A stretch of DNA of 64,000 bases, from the NCBI GenBank assembly GCA_014728035.1, contig WJMJ01000059.1, positions 256,001 through 320,000 of the forward strand, written 5' to 3'. The notes beneath the pieces were generated by a model, which was not told where the DNA came from, ran no database searches, and saw only the letters and a list, made by a program, of their open reading frames with translations. Positions 19,366 through 30,203 of the stretch are shown here, piece after piece (the stretch's first letter is position 1; each line of letters begins with the position of its first letter). Source of the stretch: Promethearchaeota archaeon (GTDB lineage Archaea; Asgardarchaeota; Thorarchaeia; Thorarchaeales; Thorarchaeaceae). Both the position numbers and the translations under genes were made by a program.

Positions 19366-20205
19366 CTATCCTTTTGCTGGAGACCCTATTGCATATTGAA
19401 ATGGCGAGTCGCTGAAGTAAGTATGGTCTCCCCTTCCCATTCTGAACGAATAACTACTGAGATTAAATCCCACACTTTCAAGAATACTTATCGCTTGTCT
19501 GTTAGTTTCTAATACACCTACACGAACTTTTTCACGGACAAGCGACCCGAAATGTTTCAGTAAATCAATTACTAGTTCTGATTTCTCACTGCAAACGATT
19601 GGTCCCAGTCTAACAACATTTGCTCTTTTACTCCCCATCGCGTATCCGACTATCTCCTTATTCCTTTCAGCAACTAGACAAAGCTCTGGAAAGTTCTCAA
19701 ATATGTTTTGTAAAAAGTGTGTACGATTTGCATTAAATGCGGAATAGTCCAGAGAATATACAATTGATTGATCCTCTTTTTCCATTTGTCTAACATTGCA
19801 TGAACGATGGCCCTCAATCTTTGTCTTGAATCGTAATGATTTGCAAAAAACTTGAAACCCTAAACTTTCATAAAGTGGAACTGCATCAGCCACTCCATCC
19901 AGCATAATGAGTGGAACTTTTAGCTTTTCAAGATAACTGATTGCAAAACTCATAAGATGTGTTCCAATGCCGTTTCCACGGTGTTGATTTGTGACAATGA
20001 GACCTCCAATAAATCCGAACTTGTCATATGCAACAGCACTAACCATTCCTACCAAGTGATTGTTGATTTCAGCAACAAATGCTGCATTTGGATTGTATGT
20101 AATAAAAGCATACCAATCATCGTAGATATCTGTCCAACCTTCATTCTTTGTTTGTTCTAATGCAAATGAGATCTCATCAATGTGCATCTTTCTGATTCTA
20201 AGCAT
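19366..20205 (-). CDS. GNAT family N-acetyltransferase (tandem GNAT)
   Basis: HRGNGIG acetyl-CoA motif; LYESLGF. Confidence 0.9.
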   Translation of the reverse strand: MLRIRKMHIDEISFALEQTKNEGWTDIYDDWYAFITYNPNAAFVAEINNHLVGMVSAVAYDKFGFIGGLIVTNQHRGNGIGTHLMSFAISYLEKLKVPLIMLDGVADAVPLYESLGFQVFCKSLRFKTKIEGHRSCNVRQMEKEDQSIVYSLDYSAFNANRTHFLQNIFENFPELCLVAERNKEIVGYAMGSKRANVVRLGPIVCSEKSELVIDLLKHFGSLVREKVRVGVLETNRQAISILESVGFNLSSYSFRMGRGDHTYFSDSPFQYAIGSPAKG

Positions 20206-20268
20206 GAATTTGGTTCACCAACTATGTATGAACTAGTACTAACTAACAACAATTGAAGTAAACAACAT

Positions 20269-21294
20269 TCACTCTTTTATTTCAACTGTGCAGTCCTCTG
20301 TAAGCTTATCCTGTTCTGATATAGAATCAAATTCGAAGATTGGGTCTTTTGCCCAGCTAATAAAACCGATTGCCGATGGTACAAACGATATTGATAGCAA
20401 AATCAATGAGAATGATATAATTCGTACTGTGTCTATTCCTACCAGTCCAAACATGAAAATAAGTACGCCTTCACGAATTCCTAGTCCCAATATTGTTATT
20501 GGAATTGCAGTTAGCATCAGTACCACACTGAAAGAAATTGCGAGATGAAACCATGTTATTTCCAAATTCATAGCATATGCTAGAACAAACCACTGAAGGG
20601 TGTAAAACAACCAAGATCCCAATGAGAGAAGTAAAGAAACTGCCAGTCGTTTCTTACCGATTTTTTTAAGATTATCTCTCAATGTGAATAGTAGCTCTCC
20701 TGAAATTCCGGTGTTCAATTTTTGTATACGGGCTTCCAAAAACCAGGGCCAAATTGTGCTTCTAATTATTTTAAATACCACATATCCTCCAAGTATCCAA
20801 ATAGCGGGAATAATTATGGTGTCCCACTCTAAGGGAATGTTGAAGATTTCAATAATTGCTAAAACTGCAACTGTATATGGGACAATTACTGATATCGTTG
20901 CGTCGATGAATAGACTAAGAATCGACTGGTCTGTAGGATTACCCCGACTGGTAAGATAGGGTACTCGAACAAAATCCCCCAAGCTACCTGGGACTATCAG
21001 ATTTGTCATCTGAGCTAAACACAATGCATCTACTGCTTCTACAGTAGATAGACGTAAATTTAATCCCCTACTGATTACTTGCCATCTTGCCCCTTTTAGA
21101 AACAGAATTGGAATCATCAATGCTATTAGGATTACTGTAAAAATCGGATCTATAGATAGTGCAAAAAAGAAAACTGACTGAAGGTCTATCTGTATCATTA
21201 TATATATGAACCACGCCACTCCAATCAATCTAATAGCATGTTTTACAAATAATCTCTTATCCACGTGACCCCCTCGCTGATTGTTTTTCAGCAA
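20269..21294 (-). CDS. Lysylphosphatidylglycerol synthase TM / UPF0104 flippase-like membrane protein
   Basis: RWQ, PGSLGDFVR and P.T..GLGIRE motifs. Confidence 0.85.
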   Translation of the reverse strand: MLKNNQRGGHVDKRLFVKHAIRLIGVAWFIYIMIQIDLQSVFFFALSIDPIFTVILIALMIPILFLKGARWQVISRGLNLRLSTVEAVDALCLAQMTNLIVPGSLGDFVRVPYLTSRGNPTDQSILSLFIDATISVIVPYTVAVLAIIEIFNIPLEWDTIIIPAIWILGGYVVFKIIRSTIWPWFLEARIQKLNTGISGELLFTLRDNLKKIGKKRLAVSLLLSLGSWLFYTLQWFVLAYAMNLEITWFHLAISFSVVLMLTAIPITILGLGIREGVLIFMFGLVGIDTVRIISFSLILLSISFVPSAIGFISWAKDPIFEFDSISEQDKLTEDCTVEIKE

Positions 21295-21505
21295 GATGCT
21301 TTATTCAATGCAAACTGGGATGGTAACAATGCCTATTCATCATTTTATACTCGAAGGCTTTGAACGCCCTTGCAAATGACTCCGTAACTCATCTCAATTT
21401 AGATTCTTTTTGGATGTATCGTTTCCGGATTATCTTTCTGTTAATATTCTATCTTGGTGCCGATTTGTGATATCTTAATAGTTAAGATTTGTAACTTTTG
21501 TTATT

Positions 21506-22864
21506 ATGACGAAAAGCAGATTGAATTGGATCGAGATACATAGATACATTTCATGGACACTGGTTATTGCATCCATTGTACTCATTTCAACTGGTTATGC
21601 TGTTTCTCGTGGATTGAGTCCATCCTATTATTATCAGCTAGCTCTGTTTCACCGAATCTTTGAGATGTTCTTTATTCCTCTACTGATACTTCATATGAGT
21701 ATCACAATTCGGTATTATCGTATCAATTGGAGAAAAACAATATCTCTGCTTCGTCAAAATCGTGGTTCATCAATACATAGTATGAGGCTTCTGCAAAGAC
21801 TATCGAGTTGGCTTATTGTGTTTTTCGCAGTCTTAGTAATAATCCCCGGGCTTAATGGGTATGATATTTTCGCTGAAGCTACAGGCGAAGCTATCCCATT
21901 CAGTTTACATCGTTTTTTTGATGTGTTTCTTGTTTCTTTGATTATTATTCATAGTATTATTGGAGTTCGTTTTGTTATGATGCGAAAACGAATACGCTGG
22001 AGATTTACTAACCATCTATTATCCTTTCTAACAATTGGTTTAGTCTTAGCTGTTGTTCTGGTTAACGTACCTCAAGCATCCGTTAAGGAAACGGAGTATT
22101 CTGGTACTGTTATTATTGGTTCTGAGGAGTTTAGTTTCCAAGCTTCCGATATCGACTCTCTCCGACCTGACATTTTTACAGAGGGACACTTTTCAATGTT
22201 TGATATTCTTGTTCACATTTCTAATCATGAAGGTATTGAACTGGAATATCATTTCAATGAAACAATGAATACTTTTGTTGTGGAGTCTATTAATGGAGAA
22301 CCGCATTGGTGGTATCGTGTTATCTACAGTGGTGGATGGCCAGAAAACAATGTATTCAGAATGGATCACTATCCTTGGAAGCCTGAAACTGAGATAACAT
22401 TCTACAAGGTGTCCAAAGAAAGGTTAGATGAAACTTATGCTATCTTTAGGGAAGAAATTGAACGCAAACTTGTTAATGATGGAGAACTCATTATCCCTGA
22501 AGTTACAATTCGTGGAAAGTCCTTTTATTACCGTGCAGAAAATGTTTCTGTGACTGCACATAATTTACGAAATGATACGTTCCAAACTGGTGTAATTACG
22601 GCGATTGATGTAATCATGAGTCTTGGTGACAAAGGGGATATTTTCTATGATATTGCATGGTTCGAATCAATTGGCGATGCTGATGTAGTGCAAAATTACT
22701 ATATTGTTCAAATCAATTCAGACCGACAAGCTGGCACATGTGGTTTTGTCTACGAATCTGGTGACCTTGAGAATCAGGGGCTTCTAAATCATATTCATCT
22801 TCCCTCCGATTCGCGTGTATTGAACGCACCTGAATATGTGACATGGTATTGGATATGTCTTTAG
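21506..22864 (+). CDS. Membrane protein: duplicated cytochrome b (Sdh-anchor-like) module plus duplicated soluble domain
   Basis: IHRYISW..FHR..LH repeats as LQRLSSW..LHR..IHSIIGVR. C-terminal repeats LRPDIF.EGHFSMFD..VESING and LRNDTFQ.GVITAID..IVQINS. Confidence 0.65.
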   Translation: MTKSRLNWIEIHRYISWTLVIASIVLISTGYAVSRGLSPSYYYQLALFHRIFEMFFIPLLILHMSITIRYYRINWRKTISLLRQNRGSSIHSMRLLQRLSSWLIVFFAVLVIIPGLNGYDIFAEATGEAIPFSLHRFFDVFLVSLIIIHSIIGVRFVMMRKRIRWRFTNHLLSFLTIGLVLAVVLVNVPQASVKETEYSGTVIIGSEEFSFQASDIDSLRPDIFTEGHFSMFDILVHISNHEGIELEYHFNETMNTFVVESINGEPHWWYRVIYSGGWPENNVFRMDHYPWKPETEITFYKVSKERLDETYAIFREEIERKLVNDGELIIPEVTIRGKSFYYRAENVSVTAHNLRNDTFQTGVITAIDVIMSLGDKGDIFYDIAWFESIGDADVVQNYYIVQINSDRQAGTCGFVYESGDLENQGLLNHIHLPSDSRVLNAPEYVTWYWICL

Positions 22865-24003
22865 TATTCAAAGATCATTTCGGATTCTGAACTCTTATCT
22901 GTGATTTCATTGTTTGTATATCTGAAGAATACGAAACCAATTGTTGACATTACTGCTGCGAAGATAATGATTGGAAGGTATTGATTTGGCCATATCGTAA
23001 TCAAAATTCCTGCAAAAATCGGTCCCAATACACCAGAGATTGACATGATTGATGTAAGCAATCCTGATGCGGTTGAACGTTCTTCATTTCTATCATTAAG
23101 GAATGTTAATGCACCTACATATAGACAGGCCCAAGAAAAACCTAGGAGTATTTGTGCTGGAATGATATCAATGATTGTTTTTGCGAAACTAAACCAAAGA
23201 AAGGTTACTGCAGATGAAACCAATCCCATTTGTATTAATTGAGTATCTTTGAATCTATCTGTAATTCCAACCATGAATACTACTTGTGAAACTGAATTGG
23301 TCGCTTGGACAATTCCAATCATAATTAATAGCTCTCCTTGTGAAAATAGAGTTCCACCAAGGTCTGACAAAAATAATGGCCATAATGTCCAAAGAGCAAA
23401 CGCACTACTATGACGAATTAGTACTGCACCATAAACGGAAAAATTCTTGGTAAGAGTATCTTTTGGAAATAATGGTACTGCTATCGAATCTCTTTCAATA
23501 GTTGGTAGCGTCATTGCAGTACCAAATGCTGCAATGAAAAACACTGTTGAAATCATAAATGCCCAGTGAATTCCGAAACCTGCTGCATATCCTGCAATAA
23601 TCGTGCCAACCCCCCATCCAACAGCGCCAAATGAGGCGAAACGTCCCATCTTCATATGGGACTCGTAGGCGAAAGCTGCCAAAGCTCCCGGATAAATACC
23701 GATACTGAAACCATTAAGCAATCTTACTATAAAGAGAACTTCTAATGAATTTGAAAAAATGATTAACCCAAAAGACAATGTTGATAGAAGTAATCCGAAT
23801 CGGAGTACAATTCTTCGACCGTAGATATCACCTGCTCTACCAAAGATATAGCTTGATACAAAACTTGCTACTGCATAGAACCCAACAAGTATTGTGACGT
23901 AGAAATTATCAGCACCCAACGCATCTCGTGCTAATATTGGGATATATGTGAAAGCAGACAATACTGCAGCACCTGCCATCACTTGAATTATCTCTGTCTT
24001 CAA
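22861..24003 (-). CDS. MFS transporter
   Basis: Motif A GRAGDIYGRR; about 12 TM helices. Confidence 0.92.
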   Translation of the reverse strand: MKTEIIQVMAGAAVLSAFTYIPILARDALGADNFYVTILVGFYAVASFVSSYIFGRAGDIYGRRIVLRFGLLLSTLSFGLIIFSNSLEVLFIVRLLNGFSIGIYPGALAAFAYESHMKMGRFASFGAVGWGVGTIIAGYAAGFGIHWAFMISTVFFIAAFGTAMTLPTIERDSIAVPLFPKDTLTKNFSVYGAVLIRHSSAFALWTLWPLFLSDLGGTLFSQGELLIMIGIVQATNSVSQVVFMVGITDRFKDTQLIQMGLVSSAVTFLWFSFAKTIIDIIPAQILLGFSWACLYVGALTFLNDRNEERSTASGLLTSIMSISGVLGPIFAGILITIWPNQYLPIIIFAAVMSTIGFVFFRYTNNEITDKSSESEMIFEY

Positions 24004-24136
24004 ACCACGTCACTATCAGTTGAACATTTTATGCATCTAATTAACAGTCCGATTGAGGCCACATCTGACTTTTTCAGCAAACTTTTTGTCATTTCATGTG
24101 ATAGTATATTCAATTCTTAACATAATGGTGAAATGA

Positions 24137-24526
24137 GTGGTTTCAACAAAAGTCAAATTCATAGCAATAACAATTGATGAGCTAGTTCTGGTGCCTATAG
24201 TAATTGCCATTGTATACTTTTTCATTCCTGAGTTATTGGTTCCCCTCTCAATATTACTAATTGTTGGTGCAGCAATCTTCGTTGTGATCAAGTATTATCT
24301 GGTCTATCCTTCGTTGGAGGAATCAAGCTATTATCTGTATGATCTTGATGGTGCAATAGGAAAAGTGACCCAGACAGTCACAGCGCAGTCCGGAAAAGTA
24401 AAGGTTGGTCAGGAGATTTGGGATGCTCGTTGCGACGAGGGCCAAATATCTATAGGAACTGAAGTCCGGATAACTGCACGGGAAAGTATGCGCGTTAAGG
24501 TAGTGCCACGTGATGAGTATTCATAG
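24137..24526 (+). CDS. NfeD-like protein (TM helices plus OB fold)
   Basis: G.V...GKVKVG.EIW.A......G.EV motif. Confidence 0.85.
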   Translation: MVSTKVKFIAITIDELVLVPIVIAIVYFFIPELLVPLSILLIVGAAIFVVIKYYLVYPSLEESSYYLYDLDGAIGKVTQTVTAQSGKVKVGQEIWDARCDEGQISIGTEVRITARESMRVKVVPRDEYS

Positions 24527-24527
24527 A

Positions 24528-25562
24528 TTATAGAAGTATTGCACGGACGAGTCTTATTGTTCTCTCAAGGTCATCAAGACTGATGGTTTCAAAGCTGCTA
24601 TGTGTATATCTACATGGAATTCCCAAGGCAGACACTCTTTGTCCCTGAGAAGCAATCTGGTAACCATCTGTTGTGTAGTTATGATATACTGCTCGCTGTA
24701 GTGGAATCTGTTCCCTTTCTGCTGTAGCAATAATTTCCTTGTTAAACTCATGAGAATAATGCATGTGATTATCTTTTATTACAAGTACTGGTCCTTCATT
24801 AAGAGAGCTACCTGCCATTCCATCGGTTCCTGGATAATCATCTGCAAGACCAACATCGATAATCAAAACTGCATCAACATCTAAATTGCGTGCAACTGAT
24901 GCTGCACCTTTAGCTCCTAATTCTTCCATGACAGTGGAAACAAATACTATTGTAGGCCTTTCTGATTTGGGAATCCGTGAAATCTCTTCTGCAATCTTGA
25001 TTAAGAGAACAAGTCCAACTCGGTCATCCATAGATTTTCCAACAACATTTTTCCCAATACATTCTATATCCGTTGCATATACAATAGGGTCTCCAATGTT
25101 GATTCCTTTCTCGCGAATTTCTTCTTCGGATGATGCTCCGATATCAATGAATATGTCCTCGTAACTGGGGAGCTTTCTCTTTTCTTTTGCGCCAGCAACA
25201 TGTGCGGTCTTGACACAGAAATACCCAGGGATAGAATCTGTATCTGTCAATATCTTTATTTTTTGCCCAGGAACCAATCGTAAATCTGGCATATACGATT
25301 GTGTGTTCCATTTCGCTCTAATGAACCCCTTACAGTCAAAACCACTTACGAGAAATCCCACTTCGTCTGCATGAGCAACGATTGCGTACCTCTTTTCCGT
25401 TCCTGGCATCGTAGCAATCAGATTTCCAATTTTATCTTCGATAATATCAAGATTGAGTTTTGCAAATCTCTGTTTCATGAACTCTTGAACTAGCTTTTCT
25501 CTTCCTACTGGACCAGGAATTTCACATAACTCTTTCAGGAGGTCAAATGTATCGTCACTCAT
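24528..25562 (-). CDS. M42 family metallo-aminopeptidase (TET-like)
   Basis: HADE, DDR, MEELG and RYTHS metal-ligand motifs. Confidence 0.92.
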   Translation of the reverse strand: MSDDTFDLLKELCEIPGPVGREKLVQEFMKQRFAKLNLDIIEDKIGNLIATMPGTEKRYAIVAHADEVGFLVSGFDCKGFIRAKWNTQSYMPDLRLVPGQKIKILTDTDSIPGYFCVKTAHVAGAKEKRKLPSYEDIFIDIGASSEEEIREKGINIGDPIVYATDIECIGKNVVGKSMDDRVGLVLLIKIAEEISRIPKSERPTIVFVSTVMEELGAKGAASVARNLDVDAVLIIDVGLADDYPGTDGMAGSSLNEGPVLVIKDNHMHYSHEFNKEIIATAEREQIPLQRAVYHNYTTDGYQIASQGQRVSALGIPCRYTHSSFETISLDDLERTIRLVRAILL

Positions 25563-25710
25563 TTTTCTCGGGTACAGGAATCATTTTTCTCCTCTTAAGG
25601 AGATTGTATCTATATCTTAGCACAATCAATTGATGATAAATGGCAATTTCAGATTCGACAAAACTCTTTTTTGTGCGAATGTCTTAAAATCAGTCAAGGT
25701 TAGGCTAGTA

Positions 25711-26691
25711 ATGATAATCACAGTTACTACTGTTGTAGTTCTTACTATTGGCATTTTATCGTTACTTTTAGCTTTGTATGGTGGATTATTAGCTAATTCG
25801 ATAGTAGAATTTGACTCTGATGATACTACTAAAAGTCAAACTTCTGAAGAGAGATACTATCTGTTGGGTATGATCGGTCTCATTGTTTTACTTTCCCGAA
25901 TTCTTATCATTCCGATTTTTTTCTGGATGTTACAATCCTTGGTTCCATATTGTCCTGGTGCTATGTGTGCATCTGGAGTAGTAAACGTATCAGCTCCCTA
26001 TTCTCTTCTAGCTATCGGCACAAAGATTTTCGTACCTTTTGCATATGGTCTTTGGCTAGTTTTAGAGATGACGAATAGAAAACAAGCTCAGTTACCCTTG
26101 ACATTAAACTTAGCAAGAGGATTTCTATATGTGCTACTCCCAATGTTATTCATTGATAGTGCTTTGGATTTGTTAGTTGTCGCATCTATTAGACCCATCT
26201 CTGTTCCCTGTTGCTCAAGCGTTTATGATGTCAATCCCCCATTTTCGCCTTCTTCTTTTCTTGGCCCAGAATTTGGCTTCTTGATTCTTGTCTTCGCAAT
26301 TGTTTCCACTTTGATACTTTCTGGAATTCAATGGATTGAAATGGACAATCCCAAAATTAAGCTTGCATCTGCTATACTAGCACCTCTATCCGCGCTCTTG
26401 TATTTTATTGCATTACACGATACCTATGCACCTATTGTGCTGGGCCTTTCAACACATCATTGCCCTTATTGTCTATTTCAGGAGTTTCCTGATACTGCAT
26501 TCTTTAGTATGTTATTTTGGATTGGAATTGCGACAGTGGTTTGGCGGTTAATTCTTGAGATGATTTCTGTACACTTTGAAATTTCAACTCAATCGATTTC
26601 TGGAATTCGCTCTATTCTTAGAAAAGTGTCATCTGTGTCTTTGCTATTTAGTATGGTTAGTATGTTAGCTCATCTTAGTATAGCTATCTAA
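25711..26691 (+). CDS. Cys/His-rich polytopic membrane protein
   Basis: About 8 TM helices; YCPGAMC, PCCSS and HHCPYC motifs. Confidence 0.8.
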   Translation: MIITVTTVVVLTIGILSLLLALYGGLLANSIVEFDSDDTTKSQTSEERYYLLGMIGLIVLLSRILIIPIFFWMLQSLVPYCPGAMCASGVVNVSAPYSLLAIGTKIFVPFAYGLWLVLEMTNRKQAQLPLTLNLARGFLYVLLPMLFIDSALDLLVVASIRPISVPCCSSVYDVNPPFSPSSFLGPEFGFLILVFAIVSTLILSGIQWIEMDNPKIKLASAILAPLSALLYFIALHDTYAPIVLGLSTHHCPYCLFQEFPDTAFFSMLFWIGIATVVWRLILEMISVHFEISTQSISGIRSILRKVSSVSLLFSMVSMLAHLSIAI

Positions 26692-27362
26692 ACGATTTTC
26701 CCCTCATCCATCATGAACGTCTGATCAGCCCAGTCTAAAATGCGGGAGTTATGAGATGCAAGAATAATCGTCATCGCATCATCTTTAACCATTTTATCCA
26801 ATAACTTGAGAAGGTCCATTGTTAATTTTTTATCGATCGAGCTACCCGGTTCATCTGCAATCAGAATTTTCGGATTGTTAATTAATGCACGTGCAATGCT
26901 AACCCGTTGTTGTTCTCCTCCACTTAGCTCTGCAACTCGAAAACTGAGTCTATGTCCCAAATCAAGCTGCTCTAGTTTGTCTCTAGCTATTTTTTCAGCT
27001 TGCTTTCTTGGCACATCTGTACAGAGTTTTGGCAAAGCTACATTTTCTACTGCTGTTAGGTGTGGTAATAGGTAGTTTGCTTGAAGGATGAGACCAATTT
27101 TCTCACGTCTTATTTTTGCTCGAAAGACTTCAGAAATCATCGAAACATCTTCTCCTTCTATGAAGATTTTTCCCTTAGTTGGCGTAGTAAGCAGCATCAT
27201 TAATCCAAGAAGTGTTGTCTTTCCAGAACCACTTGGACCTCCCAGTGCAGTTTTTCTTCCTTTTAGAATCTCAATAGTAACATCTTTGACAGCATCAACT
27301 TTTCTAGATTCTTCCCTTCCAAAGGACTTCCACACATTCTTTGTTGTTATTATTGCATTCAT
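26688..27362 (-). CDS. ABC transporter ATP-binding protein (LolD/MacB-like)
   Basis: GPSGSGKT, LSGGEQQR, ILIADEP and SH motifs. Confidence 0.95.
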   Translation of the reverse strand: MNAIITTKNVWKSFGREESRKVDAVKDVTIEILKGRKTALGGPSGSGKTTLLGLMMLLTTPTKGKIFIEGEDVSMISEVFRAKIRREKIGLILQANYLLPHLTAVENVALPKLCTDVPRKQAEKIARDKLEQLDLGHRLSFRVAELSGGEQQRVSIARALINNPKILIADEPGSSIDKKLTMDLLKLLDKMVKDDAMTIILASHNSRILDWADQTFMMDEGKIV

Positions 27363-28574
27363 TCATATCCCCCTCAATACAACATCAGGATCGGTTAATG
27401 CATTTCGCCAGGCTGGAATCACTGTAGCTACCAATATAGGAATTATTGCCACTGTATAGATCACAAAAATTGTTATGCTTGAAATAGTAAGAGGAATTCC
27501 TCCATTGAGCAAAACCAAATTCCAACCGAGCAATAATCCTGCTAGTCCAGGAGCTCCAAGCAGAAATGTGTATATTATTGAAATGGAGATGCCAAAGCTG
27601 CTTCCTAGTAAACTTTGAGTCAGACTTTCAATCATTCTAATCTCCAGAACATCCACTGTGTCAAAGCCTAGTGCCTTAAGCAATCCTACTTCTCTTCGTG
27701 CTTCATCTGAGCCAGCACTCGAAACAGTAAACGCAAGAAGAAGAACTGTCAATAGGAGAATGGTCCAAATTAATGCGACAATTCCCGCTCTATCTCCATA
27801 GGTTCTGAGCATTGCATTATGTATTGCTTCTCGTGAAAGTACCCTTGCATCAACTAATCGGTTTTCAATCCTAAAAGCCACATCATTAAGATATGCTCCT
27901 GGAGTATTCCAAATGGCAATATCTGTACAAGTTTCATTTGAAATGCCAAATAACTCTCTAGCGCTTTGGATGTCTGTCATAATCATGTCATAACTGTATA
28001 TTTTTGATTTGCTACCAAAGATGCCTGCGACTGTGAACTCTATCAACGATTGATTGTATGAGATAAGCGATATCACTGAGCCTACCTCAATTTCAACGGG
28101 ATTTGAAGCGGTATTCATGAGGTCTACAATACCCTGCCCTATCACGATAGATCGCTCATTTCCAGTTTGTATGAATTCTCCCTCTTCTATCTCTGTACCA
28201 GTGGCACCAGGGATATCTTGGTAATCTGTCACATTGATGCCCATTACAGTTAGAAATCTTCCACTCCCAACATCTGCATATCCCCATACTCTAGGCATGG
28301 CAACTTTAACTCCTGAAACCTGTGAAATATTTGAAAACCAACTAAGAGGAATTGATTTCTGTCTACCGGCCTCAAGCTGTTGAACAACAATATCAGGCCC
28401 CTCCTCCAAAGAGTTCTCAATGTCTGTTAATACTCCTTGATGAATGAATTCTGTTGAACAAAGTAGAGTGGTTGAAACTATCAATGCAACCACTATTGCG
28501 GTACTTCTAAGTCTATATTTGAATAGGTTCCCTAGAGCATAACTAGCGAGATTAGTATGTTTTTGAAAGCCCAT
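27363..28574 (-). CDS. ABC transporter permease (FtsX/MacB/LolE-like)
   Basis: TM helix, large extracellular domain, then 3 TM helices; RREVGLLKALG and PAW.....P...LR motifs. Confidence 0.92.
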   Translation of the reverse strand: MGFQKHTNLASYALGNLFKYRLRSTAIVVALIVSTTLLCSTEFIHQGVLTDIENSLEEGPDIVVQQLEAGRQKSIPLSWFSNISQVSGVKVAMPRVWGYADVGSGRFLTVMGINVTDYQDIPGATGTEIEEGEFIQTGNERSIVIGQGIVDLMNTASNPVEIEVGSVISLISYNQSLIEFTVAGIFGSKSKIYSYDMIMTDIQSARELFGISNETCTDIAIWNTPGAYLNDVAFRIENRLVDARVLSREAIHNAMLRTYGDRAGIVALIWTILLLTVLLLAFTVSSAGSDEARREVGLLKALGFDTVDVLEIRMIESLTQSLLGSSFGISISIIYTFLLGAPGLAGLLLGWNLVLLNGGIPLTISSITIFVIYTVAIIPILVATVIPAWRNALTDPDVVLRGI

Positions 28575-28959
28575 AAGATTTTCTTCCCAGTATAATTATG
28601 ATCAGTATTGGAACTATTGCAAAAAGAATCGCAGTTATTATTACAATGGCATCAGTTTGCTGCATAGAAAAGACAGTGGGTCTTACCAACTGGACTGGAA
28701 TATTGAAAGTGTAATCTATGTAGCCCACCATCGCACCTCCAGAATATATCGAATAACCCCCTGGTATATCTCCAATTATACCAAATGGCGACTCTATGGC
28801 TGGTGCTCTGTTGTGATAGGAATCCTGCATAATAGCTGGTCCAATCTCCGGGAACATCCAATTTGGGGAATTAGCCCTATTCACAAGAATAACCATCGCC
28901 AAGCAATTAAGCAAGACCGATCCGATTAGACCAATAGTCAATAGTTTTTTTCTATTCAT
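28552..28959 (-). CDS. Two-TM hypothetical protein
   Basis: N- and C-terminal TM helices; GGTGA SD; overlaps the permease start. Confidence 0.65.
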   Translation of the reverse strand: MNRKKLLTIGLIGSVLLNCLAMVILVNRANSPNWMFPEIGPAIMQDSYHNRAPAIESPFGIIGDIPGGYSIYSGGAMVGYIDYTFNIPVQLVRPTVFSMQQTDAIVIITAILFAIVPILIIIILGRKSYGLSKTY

Positions 28960-28970
28960 TTTCTCACCAA

Positions 28971-29435
28971 TTACCATTCATATGGGTTTGAAATTAGTGA
29001 CCCTCCATATTGATTTATGAAATGACTCTCACAAAGCTCTTGTCCATATGCATCTTCACAAAGAACTACAACTGTTGGTTCTCCAGTTGTTGGACATAGA
29101 TACTCTGGTTGATACACCCAGACATTCATTGGATCATTCCAATCCATCAGCATACCACACATAGCACAACGAACCTTTACATTTTGTAACTGGTCAATTT
29201 CTCCGCTATTCTTGATGGCCTCAAGTGCTTTCAGTGAAACATTGATACATGCATAATATTTGATTGTGCCATTACTGAACAAAAAAGAAACCTCATGCCC
29301 AAATCTTTCCTCTATTCTTAGACCTGTCCAATCACAATAATGGTACACTTCGAGGGTTGTAGTGTAGGTGTAAATGCTGAAGCATCCCAGAATGACAAGA
29401 ACTACTTGAATCATTCTTTTTTGTTCAGCATTCAT
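28971..29435 (-). CDS. Membrane-anchored Cys-rich protein, NosL/TRASH-like
   Basis: TM anchor; CDWTG..I...F.NG..KYYAC and CAMCGM motifs; GAGGTG SD. Confidence 0.6.
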   Translation of the reverse strand: MNAEQKRMIQVVLVILGCFSIYTYTTTLEVYHYCDWTGLRIEERFGHEVSFLFSNGTIKYYACINVSLKALEAIKNSGEIDQLQNVKVRCAMCGMLMDWNDPMNVWVYQPEYLCPTTGEPTVVVLCEDAYGQELCESHFINQYGGSLISNPYEW

Positions 29436-29462
29436 GAAAAACACCTCAAAATAAACTGATTA

Positions 29463-29654
29463 CTATTCTCCTAAGTTTAGATACATTCCAATGAATCCTA
29501 AAACGGCAACGATTGCTCCCAGTATTGTTTCAACGTCTCTTGTGAACCAGCATCGCATCTCTACACTGCAAACTGGTGCGAATGTCCAAGGTGCTATTGC
29601 TATTACAAGTCCAATAATTAGAACAACTAAGTTCATTATCACATTGATTTTCAT
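29463..29654 (-). CDS. Small two-TM protein, DUF4418-like (single unit)
   Basis: P.TFAPVC...MRC..T between two TM helices. Confidence 0.65.
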   Translation of the reverse strand: MKINVIMNLVVLIIGLVIAIAPWTFAPVCSVEMRCWFTRDVETILGAIVAVLGFIGMYLNLGE

Positions 29655-29666
29655 GCTATCACGTTT

Positions 29667-30074
29667 CTATGTTTCAATTTGGTATTGGAAAACTTCCGTA
29701 TCCGCAGAATTCTTGGTTGGCGAATCATCATATGCAGTAACATAAACCTGAACCTGATCACCTGAATCTACAGGATCAATACTGCCAATCCACCTTCCTC
29801 CAGCCAAACATAGGCAGGCGTAGAAGTTCATTTGGTATGTTTCCCAATCCTTACCATTAACAGATGCTCGGAGTTCGGCATTTGACACTCCTGAGGGATC
29901 GATACAATAAATTGTAACAGCTATACGGTCGCCTGCCATGGGCTCGACGGGTTGAATGTGGATTTCGTATATAGTTGGACCTTCAACATCGTCAACTATC
30001 AGTGTAGCGATTGTTCCAACTAATACAAGCATTACTACTGCTCCAACAAGCACTAGCTTCGTTTCGGTTCGCAT
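29667..30074 (-). CDS. Membrane-anchored Ig-like protein with CxC motif
   Basis: N-terminal TM; D.EGP.I, DPSGV..A.L, YACLCLAGG and Y.TAYD motifs. Confidence 0.7.
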   Translation of the reverse strand: MRTETKLVLVGAVVMLVLVGTIATLIVDDVEGPTIYEIHIQPVEPMAGDRIAVTIYCIDPSGVSNAELRASVNGKDWETYQMNFYACLCLAGGRWIGSIDPVDSGDQVQVYVTAYDDSPTKNSADTEVFQYQIET

Positions 30075-30203
30075 AATTCGATATCAGCACCAGTATTCCG
30101 CGTTCGGTGGAATAGGCAGTAGTGATTCGTATCTAATAATATTTCCTTGGTGTCAAATGTGAATCAGGACTGTATGCCTTATGATTGTCTACAATTTGGT
30201 TTT

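Noticed and set aside
29463-29654. Short DUF4418-like gene as a Sec-truncated ORF
   Set aside because: It ends in TAG, not TGA, and the next gene's SD follows immediately.
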